Part shown: positions 19,477 to 30,183 of the stretch, one piece after another
Layout of the letters: each line of letters begins with the position of its first letter
Numbering within the stretch: position 1 is the stretch's first letter
Assembly (NCBI GenBank): GCA_963710375.1
Contig: CAVPZX010000007.1
Location: 1 to 64,000, forward strand
DNA from: Nitrospirota bacterium
GTDB taxonomy: Bacteria > Nitrospirota > Thermodesulfovibrionia > Thermodesulfovibrionales > Dissulfurispiraceae
DNA length: 64,000 bases
Direction: 5' to 3'
Notes under the pieces: generated by a model
What the model was told of the DNA's origin: nothing
The model's database searches: none
What the model saw: only the letters and a program-made list of their open reading frames with translations
Made by a program: the position numbers and the translations under genes

Positions 19477-20751
19477 TCATAAGACAGCGTTCACTTTTCC
19501 AACATGTTCTTTCACTTCCTCTTCCACCTTGTTCAATATCCCGGTATTCAAATTCATTAATCGAGCTGATTTGCTCCCCAGTAGGTCTTTTTCCTTTTCG
19601 ATCCTGAGGCTAAAGCCGAGTTCCCTGACGAACAAGTTTGCGAAATTGACAACGACCAGCTCCGGTTCAGGGTCGTCAAAGGCCGATATATCCTCATGAT
19701 TAAGCGCCACCGATGAATAAATAGGTGGGAATGACCATTTCGACAGGAGCATATATCCTGCCTTGGTGTGGAGCGAGTTCATTATATCCATGGAAAGTGT
19801 AAGGTCTATTCCATGCATATCTTTTGTCAGTTCGGACAGCACTTGCAGTACCAGTAGTTTCCCTATGTCGTGAAAAAGCCCCAGGGCAAAATAATTATGT
19901 GAGTCAGAGATCTGCAGATGTTTTGCTATTGATTGGTAGGCTGCACCGCAGGCAGTCGCATGGATATGCATGTCCTTAATGGTCTCTTCAAACCGTGAGT
20001 CCTTCAGCGCGAAAAGGCTTCTGTTTGATATTAGGTATGCAAGCTGTCTGGTCTCATCCATTCCCAACCTGGTGATTGCTTCCTCTACCATGGTGCATTC
20101 TTTTATCCCTCTGTAATAGACCGAATTCGCCACGCCTATGAGCCTTGAGGAAATACCCGAGTCCATTTCCATCACCTCTGCAATGTCATGAACATCTGCG
20201 TCCAGTCTTTTCATGGTTTCTTCGATTGTGAAAATAACCTGCGGCAGGGCCGGCAGGGTCACCTCTCCTTTGCCGATGAGTTCCATGATTTTTACCGATA
20301 TGGATTTCGGGTCAATGGCCCCTGAAACCGGGGCCTCTGCACTTTTCTCCTTTTCCACCTGACGCCCGGAATTTTCCCCCACCAACTTTTCTATTTTTTG
20401 AATCAGCAATGTTTTGTCAAAGGGCTTGATCACATAATCGCTTACCCCTGCTTTTACTGCTGCGGCAACGCTTTCGACGTCTTTTCTTACGGTCAGCATC
20501 AAAAAGGGGATTTTGCTTGTCCGCTCCTCTGTCTTCACCTTGTAGAGGAGTTGGTTGCCATCCATACGCGGCATGTTCCAGTCTGAAAGCACAAGATTAT
20601 AATTTCCAGCCTGTATCTTTTTCCAGGCTTCCATACCGTCAATTGCGGTATCAACTACCTCGCATGAGAAGTTGGCATTGACGATAAGCTTAAGGGCCAA
20701 TGCTATATTCACGTCATCGTCAGCAATCATCACCCTCAATTTTTCCGCCAT
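19477..20751 (-). CDS. response regulator with HDOD domain
   Basis: REC (ADDD, DWNMP, KPF) plus LPALP, ANSVYY, AITRLG, LFHDIGK. Confidence 0.9.
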   Translation of the reverse strand: MAEKLRVMIADDDVNIALALKLIVNANFSCEVVDTAIDGMEAWKKIQAGNYNLVLSDWNMPRMDGNQLLYKVKTEERTSKIPFLMLTVRKDVESVAAAVKAGVSDYVIKPFDKTLLIQKIEKLVGENSGRQVEKEKSAEAPVSGAIDPKSISVKIMELIGKGEVTLPALPQVIFTIEETMKRLDADVHDIAEVMEMDSGISSRLIGVANSVYYRGIKECTMVEEAITRLGMDETRQLAYLISNRSLFALKDSRFEETIKDMHIHATACGAAYQSIAKHLQISDSHNYFALGLFHDIGKLLVLQVLSELTKDMHGIDLTLSMDIMNSLHTKAGYMLLSKWSFPPIYSSVALNHEDISAFDDPEPELVVVNFANLFVRELGFSLRIEKEKDLLGSKSARLMNLNTGILNKVEEEVKEHVGKVNAVL

Positions 20752-20795
20752 TCAGCCAACCCTCCCTTTATATAATACCCAACGTGAACACTGAA

Positions 20796-23700
20796 TTAAA
20801 TATTACCCGCAAGTTCATTACTTTCCCTGAATTTTTTTGATACTGGCATATATATTTGAAAGGTAGTCCCCTGTCCGACCATGCTTGTCGCCGTGATATG
20901 CCCTCCATGATCCTGGATTAAGCCGTATACTATGGCGAGCCCGAGCCCGGTTCCGGTTTCTTTTTTAGTGAAAAAGGGTTCAAAAATAAAAGGCAGATCC
21001 TCTTTTCGTATTCCCATCCCTGTATCAGAAAATGTTAGATTGACATATAGGCCGCTTATTATATCAATCGGGATATCTATAGAGCCTGGTCCCAATTCTA
21101 CGACTGTTGTCGTAATATTAATATCTCCTCATTCAGGCATTGCATCTTTGGCATTGAGAAGCAGATTCATAACTACCTGCTCCAATTTGCTCTCATCACC
21201 ATCAACAGGAGTCAGGGATTCATCCAGGTTCTGATGGATTGTTATGTTCTTTGGTATAAGCCTCGATACCAGCGTTATTGTTTTTTCAATAACGTTATTC
21301 ATGGAAACCTGGACAAAATTTTTGTACTCACGTTTTGCATATGAAAGAAGCTGAGTCACAACATGTTTACCCTGTTCCGCAGCGCTTTCAATTATCCTCG
21401 CATATTGGGCAATATCTGAAGGCAAATTATTGCTCGAGGAAACCAGATCTGCATATAGGCGGATTGATGTCAGTATGTTCCCAAAATCGTGGGCGATACC
21501 GCCCGCAAGTGTTCCGATAGATTCCATTTTTTGCGCATGGATAAGTTGCGCCTGCATTTTCTTTCTCTCAGTTATATCTCGATGAAACGATTGTATGAGC
21601 ATTTTTTGATCTATCTTCATAGCCTTGGCACTGATCTCGATAAAGCAATACCTCCCGTCTTTTCTATGATATCTTCTCTCGTATAACAATGTTTCACCCT
21701 GCCGGAGCTGTTGCATCCGCTCCGTCGAGATCGATCTGTCCTTTTCCGATTCAAATAGTATAATGTGTTGGCCGATCAATTCATCCCTGTCCGTTTCATA
21801 CATTAAACATGCCTGTTTGTTTGCATTTACGACAACTCCGCTGTCATCGTAAATGACTATTCCCTCTGAGGAATTATCTACAATAGCTGCCAGTTGATAA
21901 ATTGCCGCTTCCGCTTTCTTGCGCTCTGTTATGTCCTCAACAATGCCATCCAGCCATTTGAGGTGTCCATTTTCATCATATTGTGCGGTAGCAGTCAACG
22001 AACAAAATATTGGCGTACCATCCTTTTTTTTGAGGGCCAGCTCTTTGTTCCTCACATAACCGCTGAGCTTAATTTCGTCAATAAAGTCTTTTCTGTGTTC
22101 AGGATGCTGATACGCCTCTTTAACCTGGAGTTTCAATAATTCTTCTACAGAATCATACCCGAGGATATTTGCTAAAGCCGGGTTTGCCTGGATGAAACGG
22201 CCATCGCCCGCAGGATTCCTAAAGATGCCGATATTTATATTGTTAACAAGTGTACGGTATTTCTCTTCGCTTTCCCGTATTGCCGCTTCCGATTTCTTGC
22301 GCTCGGTTATGTCCTCAACAATGCCATCTATCCATTTGACGTCAGCATGTTCATCATACTGTGCAGTAGCAGTCACTGAACACCATATTGGCGCCCCATA
22401 CTTTGTCCCATCCCTTTTTCGGAAGGGCAACTCTTTGTTCCTCACATAACCGTTACGCCTAATTTCGTCAAGAACGTCTTCTCTTTGTTCAGGATTCTGA
22501 TACCCCCATTTCACCTTCATTGTCAATACCTCATCTACAGAATCCAACCCGAAAATATTTGCCATAGCCTGGTTTGCCTGGATGAAACGGCCTCCTATCC
22601 CAGGAGTCCTAAAGATACCGATATTTATATTGTTAACGAGTGAACGGTATTGCTCTTCGCTCTCCCGCAATGCCGCTTCCGATTTCTTGCGCTCGGTTAT
22701 GTCCTCAACAATGCCATCTATCCATTTGATTATTCCATTTTCATCATACTGTGCGGTAGCGGTCAACGAACACCATCTTGGCGTACCATCCTTTTTCAGC
22801 AAGACTACCTCTTTGTTCCTCACATAACCGTTACGCTTCAATTCTCTAACGAAGTCTTTCCTGTCTTCAGAATGCTGCCATACGTCTTTCACCTGTACTT
22901 TCAATAATTCCACTACAGAATCAGAACCGTGCATATTTGCCAAAGCCGGGTTTACCTGAATGTAACGGTCCCCGCTGGCAGTGGCCCTAAAGATGCCGAT
23001 ATTTATGTTGTTAACAAGTGAACGGTATTGCTCTTCGCTCTCCCGCAGGTCCTCATCCCTTTTCCTTATTTGTGTTGTCATATTGTTAAAGGCGTATGCA
23101 AGAGCTCCGATCTCATCACTTGAATCGGTTTCAGCCTCTACGGTTAGGTCTCCGTCAGCCACTTTTCCGGCAGCAGCGGTCAGCTTCAAAATGGGTTTAG
23201 AGAGCAAACCTGCCAGGACGAATGCGACAAAAACATCGAAGAGCACGGCACAGGTCATGATTATAGTGTTGTATTTCTCTATTCTGGTAACGCCGGCCAT
23301 AGCCTCGTCCAGAGGCTGCTCGGCAATAATCCCCCATTGGGTGACCGGGGCATAGCTGTAGCCGGCCAATTTCTTCCGGCCGTCAAGCTCATAGCGCACC
23401 CACCCAGTCTGCCCAGTGATGACGGCTTTAACGGGGGCCAGAGAAGAGAAGTCTGTCATCTTCTGAACCAAACTGCGGTCCTTGTGTATAAGGATTTTGC
23501 CATTTTTATTGACTGCATATGCGTATCCTGTGTCGCCTATTTTAGTCTGAGCTATCAAGTCGTCCAGCCTCTGCAAGTCGACAACGCCTATCAGCACGCC
23601 GCGCACGGTACGGTCTTTGCCATTAATCGGTTCGGCAATGATAATGGACAACCTACCTGTGCTCTTGGCATTGATGACATCCGATATTGCAGTAGTTCCT

Positions 23701-24125
23701 GTTGTGATCACCTTCCTAAAATAGTCTCTGTCATCATTCCTGATACCGAGATCCCTGCCGTCAGAGCGCGCTACTTGCTTGCCGCTTGCAGCATCGCATA
23801 CGATTATCAGCGGCATTCCCTGAGGGTACTGGGTGGCAATGTCACTTAGCGCCGGCACTTCCCTGACAGGGTTCATAGACCTAATATCCGCGCTGTTGGC
23901 AGCTATTTTCAGCACCCGCATTTTTTCCCTGATCGACTGATCGACTTTGCCGGCTATGGTTTCTGCCAGAATCCTGTTCTTTTCGAATACGGTGTTCTCC
24001 ATACCCTGCTTAGCTATGGCTGCAGCTATAATCGTCATTAAAACCATAGGCAATGCAGTTACCGCAAATGCTATGAGCATTTTTCTCCGCTGGGTAAGTC
24101 CCATTAATGCTTTGATTGATTTCAT
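20796..24125 (-). pseudogene. dCache-HAMP-4xPAS histidine kinase interrupted by in-frame TGA at 21129-21131
   Basis: IAHDFGN H-box, NAKDAMPE*GDI.. continuing in frame into DTG.G, FEPFFT, GTGLGL. Confidence 0.8.
21900..23045 (-). repeat. three tandem near-identical PAS-encoding units (about 378/390/378 bp)
   Basis: Repeated RESEE.YR.LVNNINIGIFR...GIVEDITERKK with long identical nucleotide runs. Confidence 0.9.
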
Positions 24126-24472
24126 AGGGAAGACCGGAAAATACGGTTCTGCCGATCGGCAAAGAATCCCAGCGCACTCTGCTGGAATGGTCTGTCTACC
24201 TGCGTGTGTCGTAACATAACCTTTATAAAACTGGCAATAATAATCTTTATGATAACATAATCCAATGTTACAGTTTTATTACGTGAATGTTAATTATTTG
24301 TTACACAATTGCAGCAGTATGTGCGACACTCAATAGCCTCTGTAAAGTTGTTATAGTTTGTTTAAACTCAGAAAATGTTGAAGTTTTGCTACAATACGTG
24401 TAGTGACTTAATTTATCACTATTGGAAAAATACAAGGGAGATGCTCATGCCTGAGAATGAACGCATGATGGC

Positions 24473-24688
24473 ATGGATAATTATATGGCAAAGTACACTG
24501 CACCGATTGACGAAGATACGCGTCAGAGGATTCTTGCATTACCTGGTAGAGTAAAATTCTCTGCCTTTATGCGAAAGGCCATAACTGTATTTGTTGAGGA
24601 GATCGAGAAAAATCCTGACCTGAAACCCGAGAATTTTGTTATCACCGTCACATCACGGAACGATGCCTCAGATAAAAAAAGAAAATGA
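24473..24688 (+). CDS. small hypothetical protein, possibly ribbon-helix-helix
   Basis: KYTAPID strand then helices with SAFMRKAI; ends 4 bp before the next gene. Confidence 0.5.
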   Translation: MDNYMAKYTAPIDEDTRQRILALPGRVKFSAFMRKAITVFVEEIEKNPDLKPENFVITVTSRNDASDKKRK

Positions 24689-24692
24689 CGGC

Positions 24693-25892
24693 ATGAAAAA
24701 AAACAAGATTCTTATTACCTGTGCAAAGGGGATACCGCCGTATTTGATGGCAGAACTTCTTGCACTGGGTTTCCCTGTGCTCGACGAACTTATTGCAGGC
24801 ATAGCGACGGAGGGGACTATCGACGACACTATCCGTCTCAATCTTATGCTTCGCACTGCTCATCGTGTGCTCTTTCTCATCAGGGAGTTTGTCGCACCTG
24901 ATCCCGATGCTCTTTATCGGGCAGTATCGGAAATTGCATGGGAGGAATATATAGCACCGGACGGGTATGTCTGCGTTACTTCCAGCGTGGACAACCCGAC
25001 CATCAGGGATTCACGCTTTGCAAATGTAAAGTGCAAGGATGCTATTGTCGACAGGATTAAGGAAAAGTGCGGACAGCGTCCTGACTCAGGTCCTGATCAG
25101 GACAGGGCAGTGGTAAATCTTTACTGGAAGGACGACCGATGTTCCCTGTATATAGATACCTCGGGAGAACCCCTATCCAGGCGCGGGTATAGAAAGATCC
25201 CCTTGACTGCGCCCATGCAGGAGACCCTTGCGGCTGCTGTTATACAGGCAACAGGCTGGACGTCTGTGCAGGCGTCCGGCCAAAACAGCAGCGGCCACTT
25301 CATCAATCCCATGTGTGGCAGCGGCACTCTTGCTATCGAGGCTGCGCTGATAGGACTGAACAGAGCTCCCGGGCTGTTACGGGACAATTTCGGGTTCATG
25401 CACATCAGGGGCTTTAATGAAGCTCTATGGGATGATCTGCGTTTTCAAGCGAAAAAAGCAGCAAAAAAGACGCTGGATTGCAGGATTATTGCGACCGATA
25501 TCAGGCAAGAGGCTGTTGAGGCGGCAAAGAAAAATGCCGCTACAGCCGGCGTGGGGCATCTGGTTGAATTCGGTGTATGTGATTATTCCGAGACCCCAAT
25601 CCCTGATGTAGGGTCCGGCGGAAGGGGTAGTGTAATACTTAACCCGGAATATGGAGAAAGAATGGGAAAGATCAAAGAGCTTGAGAGTGTTTATAAGGGG
25701 ATCGGTGATTTCTTTAAGCAGAAGTGCAGGGGATATACCGGTTATCTTTTTACAGGAAACCTTGACCTGGCAAAGCAGGTTGGACTGCGAGCAAAGCGAA
25801 GGGTTCCATTTTTTAACGGTGGCATAGAATGCAGGCTACTTGAGTATGAATTGTACGAGGGTAGCAGGAAGAATAAAAACTCAGGGATATAG
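24693..25892 (+). CDS. THUMP-domain class I SAM RNA methyltransferase (RlmL/YpsC-like)
   Basis: LRTAHRVL, KDAIVD, DTSGEPL..RGYR, APMQETLAAA, PMCGSGT, NPEYGER. Confidence 0.9.
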   Translation: MKKNKILITCAKGIPPYLMAELLALGFPVLDELIAGIATEGTIDDTIRLNLMLRTAHRVLFLIREFVAPDPDALYRAVSEIAWEEYIAPDGYVCVTSSVDNPTIRDSRFANVKCKDAIVDRIKEKCGQRPDSGPDQDRAVVNLYWKDDRCSLYIDTSGEPLSRRGYRKIPLTAPMQETLAAAVIQATGWTSVQASGQNSSGHFINPMCGSGTLAIEAALIGLNRAPGLLRDNFGFMHIRGFNEALWDDLRFQAKKAAKKTLDCRIIATDIRQEAVEAAKKNAATAGVGHLVEFGVCDYSETPIPDVGSGGRGSVILNPEYGERMGKIKELESVYKGIGDFFKQKCRGYTGYLFTGNLDLAKQVGLRAKRRVPFFNGGIECRLLEYELYEGSRKNKNSGI

Positions 25893-25917
25893 CAATGAAT
25901 AATTTCTTTTGGGGGTT

Positions 25918-26337
25918 ATGGTGAAAAGCAGCAGTGATGAGGGAAGGGCTGACAGGCCGCTTTATCCAATAGGCGTTGCAGCAGAATTGATAGGCATTAC
26001 GGAACAGACGTTGAGGCTTTATGAAAAGCACGGCCTTATTAAACCCGCCAGGCGAAATAAGAGACGGCATTATTCAGACAATGATATCAAATGGCTCACC
26101 TGTGTCAGAGATTTGATACATACCAAAAAAATAAGCATAGAGGGGATAAAGAAACTGCTCGGCTATGCCCCTTGCTGGGAAATCACCGGGTGCCGTGAGG
26201 TAACAAAATCCATGTGCACTGCCCATGTTAATAAATCCAAGCCATGCTGGGAACTTAATAAAACAATATGTAATGACAAATCGGGCAAACGCTGCAATAA
26301 ATGCATAATCTATCTTGCGAGGCATAAGCAAGCCTAG
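25918..26337 (+). CDS. MerR/HspR-like regulator with C-terminal Cys-rich CW domain
   Basis: YPIGVAAEL..TLRLYEK.GLI.PAR..R.YS..DI; tail with two PCWE motifs and 7 Cys. Confidence 0.88.
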   Translation: MVKSSSDEGRADRPLYPIGVAAELIGITEQTLRLYEKHGLIKPARRNKRRHYSDNDIKWLTCVRDLIHTKKISIEGIKKLLGYAPCWEITGCREVTKSMCTAHVNKSKPCWELNKTICNDKSGKRCNKCIIYLARHKQA

Positions 26338-26465
26338 CCTGTCATATATATTTGCGAAGTTTTAATCAATAGCTTATTTGATAATTGTAATTTTATCATG
26401 TTATATTATTCACGCAAACCGAATATTAACTTTATTCAAATCAATTCTTAAAAGGAGCCAAAGAT

Positions 26466-27320
26466 ATGGAAGACGAAAGGACGTTTGAAGAACAAATTTC
26501 ACGAAGGGGACTTATCAAAACAGCAATCGGAATGGGCAGTTTAGCTGTAATTACATCAGGAGGGCTGGGTCTTTTATCTAATGCAGAGGCCGCCAAGAAT
26601 AAATCCCAGAAGTTTCCGTGGCCGTACAAGAAATTGAGTGATCAAGAGATTAAACAAGCAGGTGAGACGGCTTATAATAACTGGTTCAAGGGGTTTTGCG
26701 CATATGCAGCTTTAAGTGGGATAGTCCAGACGCTCGCGGCAAAAGTCGGAGGGCCGTACAAGACTTTTCCCATGGAAGCTATCATGTTTGCCCATGGCGG
26801 GACAGCCGGCTGGGGCGGAACTTGTGGAACATTGATTGGGGCCGGCATAGGAGCTTCTCTCGTGGCAGGCCATAAGGATGCTGAGGAAATAATTAACGAG
26901 GTCATGTACTACTATTCGGATACCGCACTGCCGACTTTTGTACCTGCCAACCCGATAGCATATAAAGATCTCAAGGCAACAAGCACGGCGAATTCTACTC
27001 TCTGTCACATCTCTGTAGGCAAATGGATGAAGGCGGAAGGGATTGCGGAAGGCAAAGGTCCCGAGGGCGTTGGGTTCCTGAGCCATCAGCAGATAGACAG
27101 GTGCGCCAGGATGGCGGCAAATATGTCCATGAAAACACTCGAATTCCTGAATCAATGGAAGGACGGCAAATTCGAGGCTAAGAATGAGGCCCCGTCTGTC
27201 GCCAACCATATACCGTCTCAGAACAACTGTACCGATTGCCATCATGATAATGTCCCAACACCCGGACCATTCGGCACAGGAGTAGGAATACTCAAAGGAA
27301 GATATGGTATCGGACTCTGA
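26466..27320 (+). CDS. Tat-exported split-Soret cytochrome c-like protein (C-GCAxxG-C-C family) with C-terminal CxxCH
   Basis: SRRGLIK twin-arginine signal, FPWPYKKL, GFCAYA, GG.AGWGGTCG, LCHISV..W, RCARM, CTDCH. Confidence 0.8.
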   Translation: MEDERTFEEQISRRGLIKTAIGMGSLAVITSGGLGLLSNAEAAKNKSQKFPWPYKKLSDQEIKQAGETAYNNWFKGFCAYAALSGIVQTLAAKVGGPYKTFPMEAIMFAHGGTAGWGGTCGTLIGAGIGASLVAGHKDAEEIINEVMYYYSDTALPTFVPANPIAYKDLKATSTANSTLCHISVGKWMKAEGIAEGKGPEGVGFLSHQQIDRCARMAANMSMKTLEFLNQWKDGKFEAKNEAPSVANHIPSQNNCTDCHHDNVPTPGPFGTGVGILKGRYGIGL

Positions 27321-27463
27321 AATAATAAGTGACAACAAATTATGGCGCTCTCTTAGTACATGAAAAAAGGGGAACTAGCTTAAGAAGAACTAAGGTGCAA
27401 GATACATATTAAAATGTTGTAACTTTTTATAAGGATTTTAGGCTGAAAGGAGGTGAAAAAAGG

Positions 27464-27718
27464 ATGAAGAAATTGCTCGCAATAGTTGTAGCTATAATTT
27501 TTATTCTGGGTCTTGCCTCTTTCGGTTTCGCAGGAACCGAGAAATGCGACAAGTGCCATAAGGGTGAAAAAGCGGTAGAGAAAATGATAGCGAAAAAGAA
27601 AATTACTACCGCTGCCGATCTTACAAAGGCTTTGAGAGAAGGGCCTAAAGCCGGCATGCACAAGAAATTAACCGATGGCGAAATTAAATCAGCTGCGGAA
27701 GCACTTAAGTTGAAATAG
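27464..27718 (+). CDS. small monoheme cytochrome c
   Basis: Signal peptide, CDKCH, distal M/H (AGMH), AAGGAGG SD. Confidence 0.78.
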   Translation: MKKLLAIVVAIIFILGLASFGFAGTEKCDKCHKGEKAVEKMIAKKKITTAADLTKALREGPKAGMHKKLTDGEIKSAAEALKLK

Positions 27719-27736
27719 CACTATTAATAATCGAGT

Positions 27737-27763
27737 AGGCTGAGGGGTCACCCCCTCAAGCCT
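27737..27763. terminator. hairpin after cytochrome c gene
   Basis: GGCTGAGGGG...CCCCTCAAGCC stem, no U tract. Confidence 0.35.
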
Positions 27764-27810
27764 CTCACATCGCGCGGATGTGAGAGCTTTTAACGAAAAA
27801 GGGGGCTGAC

Positions 27811-28167
27811 ATGGCGAAATTTCTTTTTGTTTTGAGTCGGGGAATGGACGATCCAGTTCGGGCTACCAGATGCATCCACCTGGCAAAAGTTGCCAAAGAG
27901 GAGGGGCATGAAGTAAATGTATTCCTTATCGATGATGGCGTAACGATTGCCAAAATAGGTATGGCTGACAACATGAAATCCCCAACCGGCGACGAACTCA
28001 AACCCCTGCTGGATTATCTCGCAAAAGCATCGGTCCCGACCATGGTTTGCACTCCTTGCGCAAATGCACGGCATATGGGGCAAGAGGATCTGATTCAGTC
28101 GGCCCGGTTTGAAACGGCAAAAAAGCTGATTGGTTTAGCTGCAGAATCAAAGGTGTTTACTTTTTAG
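27811..28167 (+). CDS. DsrE/DsrF-like family protein
   Basis: GHEVNVFLIDDGV, VCTPCANAR, C-terminal VFTF. Confidence 0.88.
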   Translation: MAKFLFVLSRGMDDPVRATRCIHLAKVAKEEGHEVNVFLIDDGVTIAKIGMADNMKSPTGDELKPLLDYLAKASVPTMVCTPCANARHMGQEDLIQSARFETAKKLIGLAAESKVFTF

Positions 28168-28168
28168 T

Positions 28169-28388
28169 ATGGACTATGATTCATTGAGCCGGGCCGAGCT
28201 CGAATCGGTGATGGATCACCTGCAGAGAAACCTCGAAGACATTGAGGAAATGATAGAGTTTGATTACAATTTTACGTCAGCGCATATCAGCGGACATCGG
28301 GTAAAGAAAGATGAAGAAAGAATCGCAGAGGCTGAAGGACAATATCTCACAGGTTCAGCGTATCTTATATGCCAAGTATGTACAGTAA
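28169..28388 (+). CDS. small coiled-coil hypothetical protein, probable +1 frameshift near 28318
   Basis: MDYDSLSRAELE..TSAHISG..KKDEE; removing one A continues ESQRLKDNISQVQRILYAKYVQ*. Confidence 0.5.
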
Positions 28389-28431
28389 GTTTTTTTGTTA
28401 ATCGGATGGTAAAAACAACTTTCCCATAACA

Positions 28432-28700
28432 TTAACTTTCAATAGCTATTCCCACATTCGCAAAAAAGAAACGCTCTTTCAGCGCGGCATGCAGCAGCGA
28501 TGCTTTCATCAGCCCGGTGCAATGTGAGACACCGAAATGTTCGATACGATATTTGTCAATTACCTTTAACGTTCCTTCGAATTGTTCCTCACTTGAAAAG
28601 TTCAAGTGCGTGCCTCCAATGACAGCGTAAATGGTATCTTGTTTGAGCATCCCAACGATGTGATCGAGTATGTTTATTACTCCGGCATGCGCACAGCCGG
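28432..28700 (-). pseudogene. C-terminal fragment of an MBL-fold metallo-hydrolase
   Basis: GCAHAG.IN, VIGGTHL, GVSHCTG present; N-terminal HxHxDH region missing. Confidence 0.75.
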
Positions 28701-28720
28701 GCGATTTCCGCAATACGCGG

Positions 28721-28876
28721 TTAGTTGTTAATATCCTCCGGTATGGCGTCATTTGCCTTGTTTTCTTTCTTTATTGTGGGACGGGATTTCCTATTCCGCC
28801 AACAGAGAAAAGCCCCTATGCTGAACAGCACTATGGCCGCCAAATCAAATATGCCATTAAGGTCAGGTGATATCAT
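28721..28876 (-). CDS. small single-pass membrane protein (51 aa, absent from ORF track)
   Basis: AAGGAGG SD; MISPDLNGIFDLAAIVLFSIGAFLCWRNRKSRP...; start overlaps the end of the upstream regulator. Confidence 0.45.
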   Translation of the reverse strand: MISPDLNGIFDLAAIVLFSIGAFLCWRNRKSRPTIKKENKANDAIPEDINN

Positions 28877-29294
28877 GAGACTTGCTCCTCCTTATAGTCA
28901 GGATATTATTGAAAGCTGCCATTAGCCTCTTGCTCAGGAAATCTGCGGCGATCGGCTTCGTTATAAAGTCATTTACACCCATATCCATCGCTTCCGCGAG
29001 AACACTCTCTTCGTTATGAGCCGTCAGCATCAAAAACAGTGTATCCTTTTGCTTATCCTCCTCCTTTATCCAGGCAAGGAGTTCCGTTCCCTTTGCCCCC
29101 GGCAAATTCCAGTCACACAACACGACGTCGTACGGCTTTACCGACAATTTTGCCATTGCCGCGTCCACGCTGCCCGCCTCATCTAATTCGACCTTTATTC
29201 CGGCTTGTCCGGGGAACGACGATTTGATGCTGGCTTTTATGAAAGCCCTCATGGGAGATTCATCGTCAACTATCAAAACTCTTATATTTTCCAT
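28863..29294 (-). CDS. CheY-like single-domain response regulator
   Basis: IVDDE, CDWNLP, MLTA, TKP. Confidence 0.88.
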   Translation of the reverse strand: MENIRVLIVDDESPMRAFIKASIKSSFPGQAGIKVELDEAGSVDAAMAKLSVKPYDVVLCDWNLPGAKGTELLAWIKEEDKQKDTLFLMLTAHNEESVLAEAMDMGVNDFITKPIAADFLSKRLMAAFNNILTIRRSKSHDIT

Positions 29295-29569
29295 ATTCCC
29301 GGATAATAGCTCGTCAGTTCTCCTCAGGAGCAAGTTGCCATGCAAGAGCCCTGTCTCTGTCTTCGCTATCAGGCATGGGCATAGTTTACGTAATAACGGC
29401 ATGGGCAGTCAATAAGGCAACGGGTATTATAGTACTATCGGGTGTGTCCCTGTTCTTGACTCATACGCATTTCTGTTCTATGATTTTCATGAGAACGGCT
29501 GTTGCACAGAACATAATGCGGATGGGTGCAGCAAGCACTCGCCTTACTTCGTCTTGGAAGGAGCCCCGG

Positions 29570-29731
29570 ATGGGGGAAAGGACGTTTCCATTGTCCCGTG
29601 TCTATCAGCTGCTCGAACCCGGTCCTGTTGTGCTGGTCACAACGGCCAGAGCGGGGCGGGCGAACATCATGACTATGTCGTGGCATACGATGCTGGATTT
29701 CGAGCCGCCAATAGCGGCTTGCGTGAAATGA
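29570..29731 (+). pseudogene. N-terminal fragment of a flavin reductase family protein
   Basis: VYQLLEPGPVVLVTT..NIMTMSWH...FEPP then stop after 53 aa. Confidence 0.75.
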
Positions 29732-29800
29732 CTATCGGGAGTCGGAGTTTAAGACAGACTAATACCGCAGGCAGAAAATATTGGCAGAGGAGGAATGTTC

Positions 29801-30172
29801 ATGCCGGTCAAGATCAGGATAACAGTTCGGGACATTACGCTGAATGCAGAACTTTTTGATACTCCATGCGCAAAGAAAATTGCAGGAGCACTGCCTATCG
29901 TCGCCAATCCTCAAGAATGGGGTGATGAGTTTTACTTTGAAATCCCGGTAAACATGTCACCTGATGAAACGGCAACGACCGTCGTCAAGGCCGGCGATAT
30001 CGGCTATTGGCCTCCGGGAAGAGCACTCGCAATCTTTTTCGGGCCCACGCCAATGAGCAAGTGCAACGACCCTGTTCCTGCAAGCGCAGTGAACCTTGTG
30101 GGAAAGATTAATGGAGATTCAACCGTCCTCAGGCGCGTAAAAGGCGCTGGAGAAATACGTATTGAGCACTAA
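29801..30172 (+). CDS. cyclophilin-like fold protein (DUF369/TM1367-like)
   Basis: WGDEFYFEIP, GDIGYWPPG.ALAIFFGPTP, PASAVN. Confidence 0.85.
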   Translation: MPVKIRITVRDITLNAELFDTPCAKKIAGALPIVANPQEWGDEFYFEIPVNMSPDETATTVVKAGDIGYWPPGRALAIFFGPTPMSKCNDPVPASAVNLVGKINGDSTVLRRVKGAGEIRIEH

Positions 30173-30183
30173 GCGGTGAGCAT

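Noticed and set aside
21129..21131. Selenocysteine or alternative genetic code
   Set aside because: The position is a conserved Gly rather than Cys, and TGA ends many other genes in this window
26379..26398. Fur box
   Set aside because: Half-site spacing does not fit the 7-1-7 arrangement; kept only as an unassigned dyad
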